DNA from: a virus
Taxonomy: Duplodnaviria > Caudoviricetes
Strand: one strand, 5' to 3'
IMG/VR virus record: IMGVR_UViG_3300037467_001722
Location: 1-28,344 of that record
Length of the DNA stretch: 28,344 nucleotides
The translations under genes and the position numbers were made by a program. Shown here one piece after another: positions 7,627 through 17,200 of the stretch (within the stretch, counting starts at the first letter, position 1; every line of letters starts with the position of its first letter). Below the pieces are notes generated by a model. It was not told the DNA's origin. It did no database searches and saw only the letters and a list, made by a program, of their open reading frames with translations.

Positions 7627-8021
7627 TGGAAAAATACTTATACAGATTTTTTTGGGACTGTGGAAGAAGCGGAGATTTAGAAGGTTTATTTGTAGCAACA
7701 GAAGAACAAGTTAAATCGGCTATTGGCTCTTATATTTCGTTTGGAGAGGTCTTAGGAAAACATAGTGATGTATATGGTACATTAGAAGAGAGAGATATTC
7801 AAAAATTAGATGTATCAACAGAAGCAGTTGCAGAAGTTAGTAAGTTTTTAGGTTCTGATTGGAGTGGTTTCAATCCCCTATATTATGTCTATACAGAATG
7901 TGAGAACTGTGGAGATAGAATGTCTCAAGATGAGTGGAATGTTGAATATCGTGAAGAATTCGACCAAGATTTATGTGAAGAGTGCTTTGAACAATTACAA
8001 AAAGAAGTAGAGGAAATTTGA
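7626..8021 (+). CDS. hypothetical phage protein with C-terminal CxxC...CxxC finger
   Basis: GGAGG SD; WDCGR.G.LEGLFVAT...FGEVLGKHS; CENC...CEEC; stop lies in palindrome copy 6. Confidence 0.8.
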   Translation: MEKYLYRFFWDCGRSGDLEGLFVATEEQVKSAIGSYISFGEVLGKHSDVYGTLEERDIQKLDVSTEAVAEVSKFLGSDWSGFNPLYYVYTECENCGDRMSQDEWNVEYREEFDQDLCEECFEQLQKEVEEI

Positions 8022-8042
8022 TAAAATTATTATTTTATCTAT
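8017..8042. repeat. 10-6-10 palindrome, copy 6
   Basis: TTTGATAAAA-TTATTA-TTTTATCTAT; abuts the -35 of promoter copy 4. Confidence 0.75.
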
Positions 8043-8070
8043 TGACAAATGTAATAAATAATGATATAAT
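8042..8070 (+). promoter_or_regulatory. sigmaA-type promoter, repeat-family copy 4
   Basis: TTGACA-aatgtaataaataatga-TATAAT. Confidence 0.9.
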
Positions 8071-8100
8071 TAAAATATAAATTGCAAAGGAGAAATAAAG

Positions 8101-8460
8101 ATGTTAAAAAAATTATATTTAGGCAATGAATTTATTGGTAATGTTGGAGAAGAAACAGGGGTTACTAGACTAAAAGTTGGAGATGTAATTATTGTAACAA
8201 ACGAAAGTGGGTATTCAAGCACATCATTTGTATGTAAATATGGTGAAAAATATGGTGTAATGGGATGGGGATACAAAGAATTAAAATCTATAAATCAAGA
8301 ATATGATATCAGAAAGGTTATGAGTGGACAACTAGTTACAACGGAAATTTTAAATGATGTTAGAAGTTCAGATATGTTTGTTGTTAAAGAAATTATGCCA
8401 GTTGAAATGACATTAGAAGAAATTGAAGATAAATTAGGTCATCCTATTAAATTAGTTTAA
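8101..8460 (+). CDS. hypothetical phage protein (119 aa)
   Basis: AAAGGAGA SD; C-terminal EMTLEEIE.KLG..IK motif seen in phage proteins. Confidence 0.8.
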   Translation: MLKKLYLGNEFIGNVGEETGVTRLKVGDVIIVTNESGYSSTSFVCKYGEKYGVMGWGYKELKSINQEYDIRKVMSGQLVTTEILNDVRSSDMFVVKEIMPVEMTLEEIEDKLGHPIKLV

Positions 8461-8507
8461 TAATTTATCAAAAATTTATCAAATACATAATAAAAGGAGA
8501 ATGAATA

Positions 8508-8780
8508 ATGAATTTACAAGATATGCAAAATGTAGTGAAAGAGATTGAAGCAATTAAAGAATTATGTAAAGAAAGTGGTCATTTAGAACGTTGGGAAATG
8601 CGTGATAAAATTTCTACACGAATTGAAGTTTTACAAGCGTATTGTGAACAAAAAGGTATTCCAATTAAAATTGACATTGAAGAAATTCTTAACCACAACC
8701 ACTCTTACAGTTATGAAGAAGATGACAGTAGTTACTATGAAGAAGATAGCAGTTATTATGAAGAGGAAAGTTCTTGGTAA
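8508..8780 (+). CDS. small protein with acidic Ser/Tyr-repeat tail
   Basis: AAAGGAGA SD; ends YEEDDSSYYEEDSSYYEEESSW. Confidence 0.8.
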   Translation: MNLQDMQNVVKEIEAIKELCKESGHLERWEMRDKISTRIEVLQAYCEQKGIPIKIDIEEILNHNHSYSYEEDDSSYYEEDSSYYEEESSW

Positions 8781-8806
8781 GATAAATTAAAAGGAGAGAT
8801 GATGAT

Positions 8807-9778
8807 ATGATTATTATTGGTTCGAGGGCAATGCTACCACAACTAGATTTAAGAAATGAAGAAATAAAAAATAGATTTCATAAAGCAGATTATGATGTAA
8901 TTATGAGTGTAGAAGAGTTTGGTGGATGGACAAGCCACAATGAAAATATCATCAAATCTCTTTTACCTAGCAAAGAAAATAAGTATAAGGCAGTATTAGA
9001 AGTAAATGGCAATAGGTCTGTCTATGAGATTGAATTAGGATTCGAAGGCACTTCATCAAAATTCTTATTAGATAATAAAGTTGAAGTATGTGAACCAAAT
9101 TCATCTCGTTTATCACTTGAATATTGTTTACTTACGAAAAAATCTCACCTAATTTATCCTGTTCATTTTGAGAAAAACATCAATGACTATCATTTACTAA
9201 AAGATATTTTAGGTGATTTTGAATTAACACCAAAAATGCAAGAATATTTTAAATTACGTTCAGAAGAGGCGAAAAATCGTTATAATCAGAGAACACCGAA
9301 CTTAAATGTAACAACAGAAGATTTCTTTAGTTCTAAACTAAATGTGCCACATTATTTTGTTCATGATGATTTACATGAAGTGATGGCTCATTTTGATAAA
9401 CCGATTTATACCATGATGCAAAAAGATTCAAATAAAGCATGGTGTGAAAAAGACATGTTTTTCCAATTACCATTAGGATATCAAGTTAAATGTGTTCAAG
9501 AAGAAGCATATGTAATTGCTTTAGAGAGATATATTATTCCTCAATATGGAGAAAACTGTAATGACTTTTTCACTTGTTATAAAAATGCAGTAAAACGTGT
9601 TTGTACGACATTGTGTAGTGGTTGGTTTAGAGAATTTGCTATTGAACGTTATGTAGAAGTTATTGGGAATTATGATTGGCAATTTGTAGATAAGTTACGT
9701 TTAGCAATTAAAGAAGGAAAGATTCAAACAATTGAAGGTAAAACTATTAATGATTTACCAAAATTTTTAAGAGATTAG
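8807..9778 (+). CDS. phage protein with N-terminal nucleotidyltransferase-like motif
   Basis: IIIGSRA...ADYDVI resembles the Pol-beta NTase hGS..DxD signature; HDDLHE motif in the C-terminal half. Confidence 0.55.
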   Translation: MIIIGSRAMLPQLDLRNEEIKNRFHKADYDVIMSVEEFGGWTSHNENIIKSLLPSKENKYKAVLEVNGNRSVYEIELGFEGTSSKFLLDNKVEVCEPNSSRLSLEYCLLTKKSHLIYPVHFEKNINDYHLLKDILGDFELTPKMQEYFKLRSEEAKNRYNQRTPNLNVTTEDFFSSKLNVPHYFVHDDLHEVMAHFDKPIYTMMQKDSNKAWCEKDMFFQLPLGYQVKCVQEEAYVIALERYIIPQYGENCNDFFTCYKNAVKRVCTTLCSGWFREFAIERYVEVIGNYDWQFVDKLRLAIKEGKIQTIEGKTINDLPKFLRD

Positions 9779-9790
9779 GAGAATGATAAT

Positions 9791-10060
9791 ATGAAATTAG
9801 TAGTTGGACAATTATTGATTAGCAATTATGTTGATTTTGATGGTGACAAAACTTGGGAATATGTGGTAGTTACAGATGTGTTTGACAATAAAGCTATACT
9901 TAAAAGAAAACATGGTGGAAGATTAATAGCAAATTTAAATGAAAATGGTGAAGTTAAAAAATCTGAAAACAACAACTATCTAGAAGATTTATTAAAAAAT
10001 GGACAACCTGTTATGGCAAAGAAAACATTATTCGGCAAATATAAATTTGAGGCGAAGTAA
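9791..10060 (+). CDS. hypothetical phage protein (89 aa)
   Basis: AGGAGA SD; ORF track. Confidence 0.75.
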   Translation: MKLVVGQLLISNYVDFDGDKTWEYVVVTDVFDNKAILKRKHGGRLIANLNENGEVKKSENNNYLEDLLKNGQPVMAKKTLFGKYKFEAK

Positions 10061-10061
10061 G

Positions 10062-10259
10062 ATGACAGTTGAACAATGGTTAGATTATTTCAAAGAAAAA
10101 GGTATTGCAATTCAAATTACTTTAGATATTCATAAAGACCCTACTGTTCATGCTATTTTACCTAAAGATTATAAAGGTGAATTAAAAGGTATTCAATTCA
10201 CAGAACATGAAACATTATTAGGTGCTTTAAAAATGATGGTAAATAAAATAAATAGATAA
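10062..10259 (+). CDS. hypothetical phage protein (65 aa)
   Basis: GAGGCG SD before ATG 10062. Confidence 0.7.
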   Translation: MTVEQWLDYFKEKGIAIQITLDIHKDPTVHAILPKDYKGELKGIQFTEHETLLGALKMMVNKINR

Positions 10260-10271
10260 AGGAGAGATAAG

Positions 10272-10520
10272 ATGGATTTAAGAAATAATATAGACTCACC
10301 AAAATATAAAAGCACTCAACTACTAAGTTCTGATACTATGGTGAAATGTGTTTTTGAAACAATGTATGTTAGTCGCCCATCAATATATGATGTAGACCCA
10401 TTATTTACAAAAATAACAGATATTAAAATTGTTAATGAAAGTGGCACACTTAAATTAACTAGAGAAGAAGCAATTAATTTAAAGAAATTTATTGACGATT
10501 CTCTAGCACAAGAAGATTAA
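10272..10520 (+). CDS. hypothetical phage protein (82 aa)
   Basis: AAAGGAGA SD; stop lies in palindrome copy 7. Confidence 0.75.
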   Translation: MDLRNNIDSPKYKSTQLLSSDTMVKCVFETMYVSRPSIYDVDPLFTKITDIKIVNESGTLKLTREEAINLKKFIDDSLAQED

Positions 10521-10541
10521 TAAAATGATGTTTTTATCAAA
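10516..10541. repeat. 10-6-10 palindrome, copy 7
   Basis: ATTAATAAAA-TGATGT-TTTTATCAAA then GGAGAG. Confidence 0.8.
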
Positions 10542-10552
10542 GGAGAGATAAT

Positions 10553-10873
10553 ATGAGTAAATATAGACTAGTAGAAAAAACAAGTAAACAATTGGATACA
10601 TTTAAAGTAGTAATTGTTGCGGATTCAAATGATGGTGATTATATAACTGAAACAATGTATTATACAGTAAAAGATTTTAATGCCCATGTAATTGATGCCT
10701 TAATAGATTTACAAAAGAATTATAATGGTAGTCATCAATTGGAAAATTATCCTAATAATGGGGAATGGCTTGAAATTCCTTTTAATGGTTGGGATGGATA
10801 TTGCCATTCATTGTCAGAATTAATTGTTGAATACATTGATGAAAATGGCAAAATTTATGATGTGGAGTTTTAA
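10553..10873 (+). CDS. hypothetical phage protein (106 aa)
   Basis: AAAGGAGA SD; ADSNDGDY and CH motifs. Confidence 0.8.
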   Translation: MSKYRLVEKTSKQLDTFKVVIVADSNDGDYITETMYYTVKDFNAHVIDALIDLQKNYNGSHQLENYPNNGEWLEIPFNGWDGYCHSLSELIVEYIDENGKIYDVEF

Positions 10874-10874
10874 T

Positions 10875-11114
10875 ATGAAAACCGTAAAAAAATCAAAGCT
10901 AATTGTTCAATCAAGTAAATATAATTTTAATGATGAGCTACAAAAAACAATAGATGATTATAATAAAGAAGGATTAATTGTAAGAATTGAAAATTCTTTT
11001 TCAAACTCTTCTCATGTTGGTGGTAGTGCAATATTTTTACATAATCCCTATGTATTGTGGGGATTATTAGTAATTCTTGCAATGACAATTACTATTGGAG
11101 AGTATGGAGAGTAA
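10875..11114 (+). CDS. hypothetical protein with C-terminal hydrophobic segment
   Basis: GGAG SD before ATG 10875. Confidence 0.6.
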   Translation: MKTVKKSKLIVQSSKYNFNDELQKTIDDYNKEGLIVRIENSFSNSSHVGGSAIFLHNPYVLWGLLVILAMTITIGEYGE

Positions 11115-11118
11115 TTAT

Positions 11119-11229
11119 ATGTTTGAAAAAATTATGAAATGTCTTGTAATTGGAGTTATGAGTATTGGATTATGTTTTTTTATTAGTTTATTAATAGCTT
11201 TTTGGAAATTTGGAATTTTAGGGGGTTGA
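11119..11229 (+). CDS. single-pass membrane microprotein (36 aa; absent from ORF track)
   Basis: GGAGAG SD; MFEKIMKCLVIGVMSIGLCFFISLLIAFWKFGILGG*; fills the gap between neighbours. Confidence 0.6.
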   Translation: MFEKIMKCLVIGVMSIGLCFFISLLIAFWKFGILGG

Positions 11230-11233
11230 AACA

Positions 11234-11422
11234 ATGGAACTAATTCTTAAATTTAATGAAGATTTACTTTGGCAAAGTGATTGGGATGGTTATGAAGTCG
11301 GCTTTGAAGATGTATTAATCGTTGGCTTATACCAACTTGCTAACACAGAAATATATATCTATATCGACATGGAAAATATGAAAATATTAGACATGTGGAC
11401 ACCGTATTGGGAGGTCGAATAA
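11234..11422 (+). CDS. small acidic hypothetical protein (62 aa)
   Basis: AGGGGG SD; ORF track. Confidence 0.75.
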   Translation: MELILKFNEDLLWQSDWDGYEVGFEDVLIVGLYQLANTEIYIYIDMENMKILDMWTPYWEVE

Positions 11423-11914
11423 ATGTTTTTTGTAGTTATAGCTATTGGATTCATTGCTATGTTATTTGGTTTATTTACAGGATTATTATCATTCAATGAA
11501 GAAGATGAAAAAATAGCTTGGATTTCAATATTAATTGGAATTACAATGATGGCAATGGTAGTAATAATTGGATTTGCAGGAACAGAAGATAATTATTCTG
11601 TAAGAACAGAAAGTAAACTTGAACCTATTGTGGTAGATAATAAAGATTATTATGTCATTCATAGGGTTGCAGGTAGATATGGAAGCGAAGAATATACAAT
11701 GATTTTTAATGGTCAACAGGTGACATATGATTCAGATGATGATGTTGATGTATCATTTAGTTATGATGCAGATATGACTATTAAAGAATATTATCATAAA
11801 CCACATAATAATATTTGGGGTAAAATTTATGTATGGTTATATGGTGATGATTTTGTAAATGACGTATCTTATTATGAAGTAGAAATACCTTATGATTCGG
11901 TATTATTTGAATAG
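11423..11914 (+). CDS. membrane protein (2 N-terminal TM helices plus soluble domain)
   Basis: GGAGGT SD; two hydrophobic helices at the N-terminus. Confidence 0.8.
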   Translation: MFFVVIAIGFIAMLFGLFTGLLSFNEEDEKIAWISILIGITMMAMVVIIGFAGTEDNYSVRTESKLEPIVVDNKDYYVIHRVAGRYGSEEYTMIFNGQQVTYDSDDDVDVSFSYDADMTIKEYYHKPHNNIWGKIYVWLYGDDFVNDVSYYEVEIPYDSVLFE

Positions 11915-11925
11915 GAGAATTTAAA

Positions 11926-12138
11926 ATGAGTAGATGGAAAAAATTACACTTGGCACAAATGCAATGGGTTTTACAAGAAATTGCACAATCACATCACATT
12001 GTTTACAATAATATTATGGTTGCAGATAGAATCAATATTCATCTTGAAGAAAGAGATGGAGAAATGATTGGTTATCATGATATTATTGGTAAAGTATGGT
12101 ATCTTGATATAGATTGGTATAATAAATATTTTAATTGA
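11926..12138 (+). CDS. hypothetical protein (70 aa)
   Basis: AGGAGA SD; ORF track. Confidence 0.7.
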   Translation: MSRWKKLHLAQMQWVLQEIAQSHHIVYNNIMVADRINIHLEERDGEMIGYHDIIGKVWYLDIDWYNKYFN

Positions 12139-12163
12139 CAAATGTGATAAATAATGATATAAT
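12135..12163 (+). promoter_or_regulatory. sigmaA-type promoter, repeat-family copy 5
   Basis: TTGACA-aatgtgataaataatga-TATAAT. Confidence 0.9.
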
Positions 12164-12194
12164 AATAGATATAAAGAATGAAAGGAAGTTTGAA

Positions 12195-12731
12195 ATGCAA
12201 GATAATATAATTTATTGGGCAAAAGTAAATCCAAATGCAAAAATTCCTAAACGTGCAGGATTTGGCGAAGCAGGAATTGATATTTGGAGTTGCATTATTA
12301 GTGATAACTTTAAAGTTGAAGAAGATGGTGAAACTCACTATGAACTTCTCTTAAAAAAAGACAAACCAACTCTTGTACCAACAGGTGTTGCTTCTAGATT
12401 AAGTCCATATTACTACTTAAACCTTAAACATGAGCGTGGCTCAACAGGTAAATTAGGAAAATCTGTATTAAGTGGTGTCGTTGATAGCACTTATAATGGA
12501 GAAATCTTTGTAAATATTACACCATTATATAAAGATGTTCTTTTAACTACAAATGCAGATACAGTTGAAGAGTATGATGATATCATTATTTTCCCTGTAA
12601 AAAATGCTATTTGCCAAGCTACAATTGATGACGTTAATTATTTGGATGAAGTTGAGATTTCTTATGAAGAATTATTGGCAATGCCATCAACAAGAGGTGC
12701 AAATGCACTTGGTAGTACCGATAGTAAATAA
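12195..12731 (+). CDS. dut: trimeric dUTPase
   Basis: Motifs AGIDI, ERGS, GVVDSTYNGE, ICQ, RGANALGST. The likely start is ATG 12195 (AAAGGA SD); the track start overlaps the promoter. Confidence 0.9.
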   Translation: MQDNIIYWAKVNPNAKIPKRAGFGEAGIDIWSCIISDNFKVEEDGETHYELLLKKDKPTLVPTGVASRLSPYYYLNLKHERGSTGKLGKSVLSGVVDSTYNGEIFVNITPLYKDVLLTTNADTVEEYDDIIIFPVKNAICQATIDDVNYLDEVEISYEELLAMPSTRGANALGSTDSK

Positions 12732-12733
12732 AG

Positions 12734-12755
12734 AAAGTGGCTTTGTCCACTTTTT
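12734..12755 (+). terminator. probable Rho-independent terminator
   Basis: AAAGTGG-ctttgt-CCACTTT followed by TT. Confidence 0.6.
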
Positions 12756-12785
12756 AATATACATATAAAAAAGGAGTAACAAAAA

Positions 12786-13367
12786 ATGAAAAATGCACAT
12801 TACAATCGTACTATTACTTTAAGTGGATATGTTGATTCAGAATCAGTTAAAGAAATTATCAACTTTATTAATGAAATTAATGAATATGATAAAGTTTTAG
12901 AATCTGAATTAGTAAACTATGAAAGAGAAGCTATCATTCTTCAACTTAATACAATGGGTGGAGAAGCATATAGTGGATTTGCATTAGCTTCTGTTATTGA
13001 GTTATCTGTGACTCCAATTGTTACTCTAGCTATTGGTTCTGTAATGTCAGTTGGTTTAGTTATTTGGTTGGCAGGTCATGAAAGAATGATGACAGAGTAT
13101 GCAGTACCAATGTATCATGAAGTTGCAGTTGCAACACACCATATGAAACTACAAGACCATACAGATAATGTATTTCATATGAAAACAATTCAAAAAATGT
13201 ATGATGATTTCATTTTAAAACGTACAACTATTAAAAAAGAAAAATTAGAATCTATTAAAAAATCTAAAAAAGATTACTTCTTTACACCTCAACAAGCATT
13301 AGAGTGGGGATTTGTAGTTGGAATTGTTAAATTAGGTGAAGAAGGATTAGAAGTAGTAGACAATTAA
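12786..13367 (+). CDS. clpP: ClpP-like protease proteolytic subunit
   Basis: LNTMGG, catalytic Ser region (GSVMSVG), MYH, KDYFFTPQQALEWGFV. Confidence 0.85.
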   Translation: MKNAHYNRTITLSGYVDSESVKEIINFINEINEYDKVLESELVNYEREAIILQLNTMGGEAYSGFALASVIELSVTPIVTLAIGSVMSVGLVIWLAGHERMMTEYAVPMYHEVAVATHHMKLQDHTDNVFHMKTIQKMYDDFILKRTTIKKEKLESIKKSKKDYFFTPQQALEWGFVVGIVKLGEEGLEVVDN

Positions 13368-13378
13368 GAGGTGACACC

Positions 13379-13948
13379 ATGAGTAAGTTTTATTACTATT
13401 TTGGTAATATGCGTTCTCAAAAGTCTATGCAGTTAATAGCAACAGTACATTCATTTAAAGAGAAGGGTAAAAAATGCCTTCTCTTTAAACCTGCAACAGA
13501 CACTAGAGAGCAACGATATGTAAAAAGCAGAGCATTAAAAACTACATACGAATGTACAGATTTAACACAAGACACATTTGAAATTGTTAAAATGGCTCAA
13601 CCACACTATGTATTCATTGATGAATGTCAATTTGCTTCCAAAGAGGATATTGACATGTTAGCACGAATAGTCGATGAATTGCAAATCCCTGTGTTTGCTT
13701 ATGGATTATTAGTTGATTATCGTGGTCAATTATTCGAAGGAAGCAAAAGATTGGTTGAATTAGCCGATAGTATCAGAGAAATCAAATCTATTTGTGATAG
13801 ATGTGATAGTAAAGCAAAAATGCACCTACTTAAAGTTGATGGTCAACCTAAATTTGATGGTGATGGAATTTTTGTTGGTGATTTAGAATTTGAATCATTA
13901 TGTAGAAAATGTTATATAAATATAAGAAAAGAGGGAAATAATCAATGA
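13379..13948 (+). CDS. tdk: thymidine kinase (type II)
   Basis: GNMRSQKS P-loop, FKPATDTR, IDECQF, YGL..DYRGQLFEGS, two CxxC zinc ligand pairs. Confidence 0.9.
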   Translation: MSKFYYYFGNMRSQKSMQLIATVHSFKEKGKKCLLFKPATDTREQRYVKSRALKTTYECTDLTQDTFEIVKMAQPHYVFIDECQFASKEDIDMLARIVDELQIPVFAYGLLVDYRGQLFEGSKRLVELADSIREIKSICDRCDSKAKMHLLKVDGQPKFDGDGIFVGDLEFESLCRKCYINIRKEGNNQ

Positions 13949-14121
13949 GTTGGATTGTTATGGATTTAGTTTTTGTTATTTTATTAATTTTAAGTTCAAT
14001 TTTTTATGTGACAGAAATTTGGAAGCCAACTAAAGCAAGTGTTGTTTGGTTAAGTGTGTTGCTTGTTCTTGCACAACTAACAATTACTTTGCAGGATGTT
14101 GCGAATTATTTAACCAATTAA
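13945..14121 (+). CDS. small 2-TM membrane protein (58 aa; absent from ORF track)
   Basis: GAGGG SD; ATGA overlap with tdk; MSWIVMDLVFVILLILSSIF...VVWLSVLLVLAQLTITLQDVANYLTN*. Confidence 0.7.
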   Translation: MSWIVMDLVFVILLILSSIFYVTEIWKPTKASVVWLSVLLVLAQLTITLQDVANYLTN

Positions 14122-14124
14122 ACA

Positions 14125-14153
14125 TTGACAAATAAGATAGAAAGTGCTATAAT
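14125..14153 (+). promoter_or_regulatory. sigmaA-type promoter for dnaE (spacer differs from the repeat family)
   Basis: TTGACA-aataagatagaaagtgc-TATAAT, 17 nt spacer, TG extended -10. Confidence 0.85.
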
Positions 14154-14177
14154 ATATTATATATGTAGCACTTTTTT
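14141..14177 (+). terminator. terminator-like hairpin overlapping the dnaE -10/+1
   Basis: AAAGTGCTA...TAGCACTTT followed by further Ts. Confidence 0.6.
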
Positions 14178-14183
14178 ATTGTA

Positions 14184-14203
14184 ACAAATGTAATAAATAA
14201 TGA
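14184..14203 (+). promoter_or_regulatory. orphan copy of the promoter-spacer motif (putative operator) at the dnaE RBS
   Basis: ACAAATGTAATAAATAATGA is identical to part of promoter copy 4 but lacks -35/-10; it runs into the AAGGAGA SD. Confidence 0.65.
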
Positions 14204-14217
14204 AGGAGATGATATTG

Positions 14218-17200
14218 ATGAGATGGGAGAATTGGCATAAACACACTCATTATTCAAATATAATGACACCCGATTGTGTAATTAAACCTATTGATATTGC
14301 AAAAAGAACTGTTGAATTAGGTGGTAAAACTATGACAACAGTTGAACATGGTGGGTTCGGAAACATATTTGAATATTATGAAGTGGCACAAAAACACAAT
14401 CTAAAACTCATTTTTGGAGTTGAATTTTACTATGTTAAAGACAGATTTGAAAAAGACCGCAGTAATACTCACTTATTGATTTTAGCCAAAAATGAAAATG
14501 GTCGAAAACAATTGACAAAAATTCTTTCAGAAGCAAATCAAACAGGGTTTTATGGGAAAGGTAGAATTGATAAATCATTAGTTTTATCTCTTAATCCAAA
14601 AGATGTAGTTGTTACATCAACATGTGTATCATCATATGTTAATCGTTTTGATGATTATGAAGAAGAATTTATTATCCCTTTTATGAATCATTTCAAGGAT
14701 AACTTCTATCTTGAAATACAGAGTCATCTTGACATTATGCAAATAAATTATAACAAGAAAATTCTCGATATACATAATAAATTCAATATACCATTTGTTG
14801 TATGTCAAGATACTCATTATATTTTTCCACAAGATAAGATTTATAGAGACATCTTATTGGAAGGAAAAGGTATTAAATATGATGATGATGAAGGAGAAGG
14901 ATTTATTTTAGATTTTCCAACTTCTGACCAAATATTTGAACGCTTTGAAAAACAAGGTGTATTCACAAGAAAACAAATAGAAGAAGGTATGCGTAACACT
15001 TTAATAGTAGATGATTTTGAAGGTGTAACAATAAATAAAGACATTAAAATGCCATCACTTTATCCAAATCTTTCACATGAAGAAAAAATGTCTAAATTAA
15101 AAGAAATAGTTGCAGAAGAGTGGAAAAAAGAATCTATTTTAGTTCCAAAAGAAAGTCATAAAGAACGAATAGAAGGAATTAAATTTGAAACAGATATTAT
15201 TGAACAAACTAAGATGGAAGATTATTTCTTATTTAATTATGAAGTAGTCAAGAAAGGGAAAGAAAAGGGTGGTATTTTAACTCAAACAGGTCGTGGCTCT
15301 GCGGTATCATTTTATTTAAACAAACTATTAGGATTCACAAACGTTGATAGATTTGAAGCACCTGTAACACTTTATCCTACTAGATTTATGTCAAAATCTA
15401 GAATTCTTGAGACAAAAAGTTTGCCCGATATTGACCTAAATATGACGAATCGAGAGGCTTTTGTAGAGGCTACTAAAGAAATTTTAGGAGAAGATAATTG
15501 TTATATAATGATTGCTTATGGTACAATGAAAGAATCTGCTTCATTTAGGAATCTATGTAGAGCAAAAGGTTTAAAAATGGAAGAGTATAATGAAGTTGCG
15601 AAAAACTTAGATGATTATGCTAATCATCCACAATGGAAAGATTTAATTGAAGAAGCAAAAATATTTCATGGAGTAATTGATTCAATTTCACCATCTCCTT
15701 GTGCATATTTAATTTTAGATAAAAATATTTCAGAAGAAATAGGATTACTAAAAGTAGGTGGAGAAATGTGTTGTATGATTGACTCAAACACATCTGATGC
15801 CTACAAATATCTCAAAGAAGATTTCTTACTTGTTACAGTTGTTGATATCATTGCTCAAGTTTGTAAAGAGATTGGAATTGAAGTTCCTAGTGTTCGAGAA
15901 ATAACCAAATTAGTTGAGAATGACGAAAAAACTTGGGATTTATACCATAATGGATTAACCGTTACTCTAAATCAAACAGGTTCAGATAGTGGAATTTCTC
16001 AAATCAAACAATATAAGCCAAATAATATAAGAGAACTAACTCTTTGGGTTGCAGGAATAAGACCTTCTTTTGCTAGTATGAAGCATTACTTCTTAAACAG
16101 AAAACCATTTTCATATGAAATTAAAGAATTTGATGAGTTGTTAAAAAGTTCTGATAATTTTGTGTTATTTCAAGAAGATATTATGAAAACATTGGTTTAT
16201 GTTGGATTTGAAGAGGATGAAACTTATGGATTGTTAAAGGCAATTGCAAAGAAAAAAGAGGGAATCATTGAACCAATTTACGAACGTTTTATCAATGGAT
16301 TTGTTGCAAAAACAGGAGACAAAGACAATGCAGAAAAAGTATGGAGAATTATTGAAGATGCAGTTGGATATGGATTTAACTCATCACATGCTTATTCTGT
16401 TGCTCTTGATAGTGCTTATGGTGGGTGGTTAAAGGCTCATTACCCTTTAGAATATTATTCTACTGTATTTAATATTTATGAAAATGATACTGAAATTACT
16501 GCAAAGTTATTACGAGAATTAGATTATTTTGGTATTCAAGTTAAACCAATTAAATTTGGTATGTCAAAAGCTACTTACTCTTATGATAAAGAAACTAATT
16601 CGATTTATAAAGGATTGGCTTCAATTAAGTATCTAAATCATCAAATATCCAATGAACTATATCATCTTTCTAAAAATAAAACATATCGAGTTGTTGGTGA
16701 TAAAGTTGAATATTCATTTCTAGACTTACTTGTTGATATTGAAGAAAATACTTCTGTCAACTCACGACAATTAGAAATATTGATTCGATTAGATTTCTTT
16801 TCTGAATTTGGTCATAAACAAAAATTATTAAAGCTTTCAGATATATTCAAAAATGGTAAAATTGATGGTTTTACTAAAGATGGTAGACCTAAAAAAATTG
16901 GTATCCATTATTCTAAATCATTGTCTGACAAATCTAAGGTACAACGATTAGAGAATTTGTTTAAAATTCAAGATGAAATCATGTCAGAAGAAAATAAACC
17001 TTATGACATCTATGAACAAATAGCATTTGAAAAAGATGTGTTAGGTTCACCAGTTTTCATTCAACCAAATGCCAAACCATCATTTGCGGTAGTAACACAT
17101 GTTGACAAGAAATTCACCCCTAGAATCACCTTATACCAACTCAAAACAGGTAAAGAAGTTGTTGTAAAAGTTGATAAAAAGAAGTTTTATTCTGACAATG

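Noticed and set aside
8455-8484. Ninth palindrome copy (TTTAATAA...TTTATCAAAAATTTATCAAA)
   Set aside because: Only half-sites in direct orientation without the 10-6-10 geometry; possibly a decayed copy, so not counted.
1647-10541. The palindrome repeats as a CRISPR array
   Set aside because: Spacing is irregular (150 bp to kilobases), the intervals contain whole genes, and no cas genes are present.
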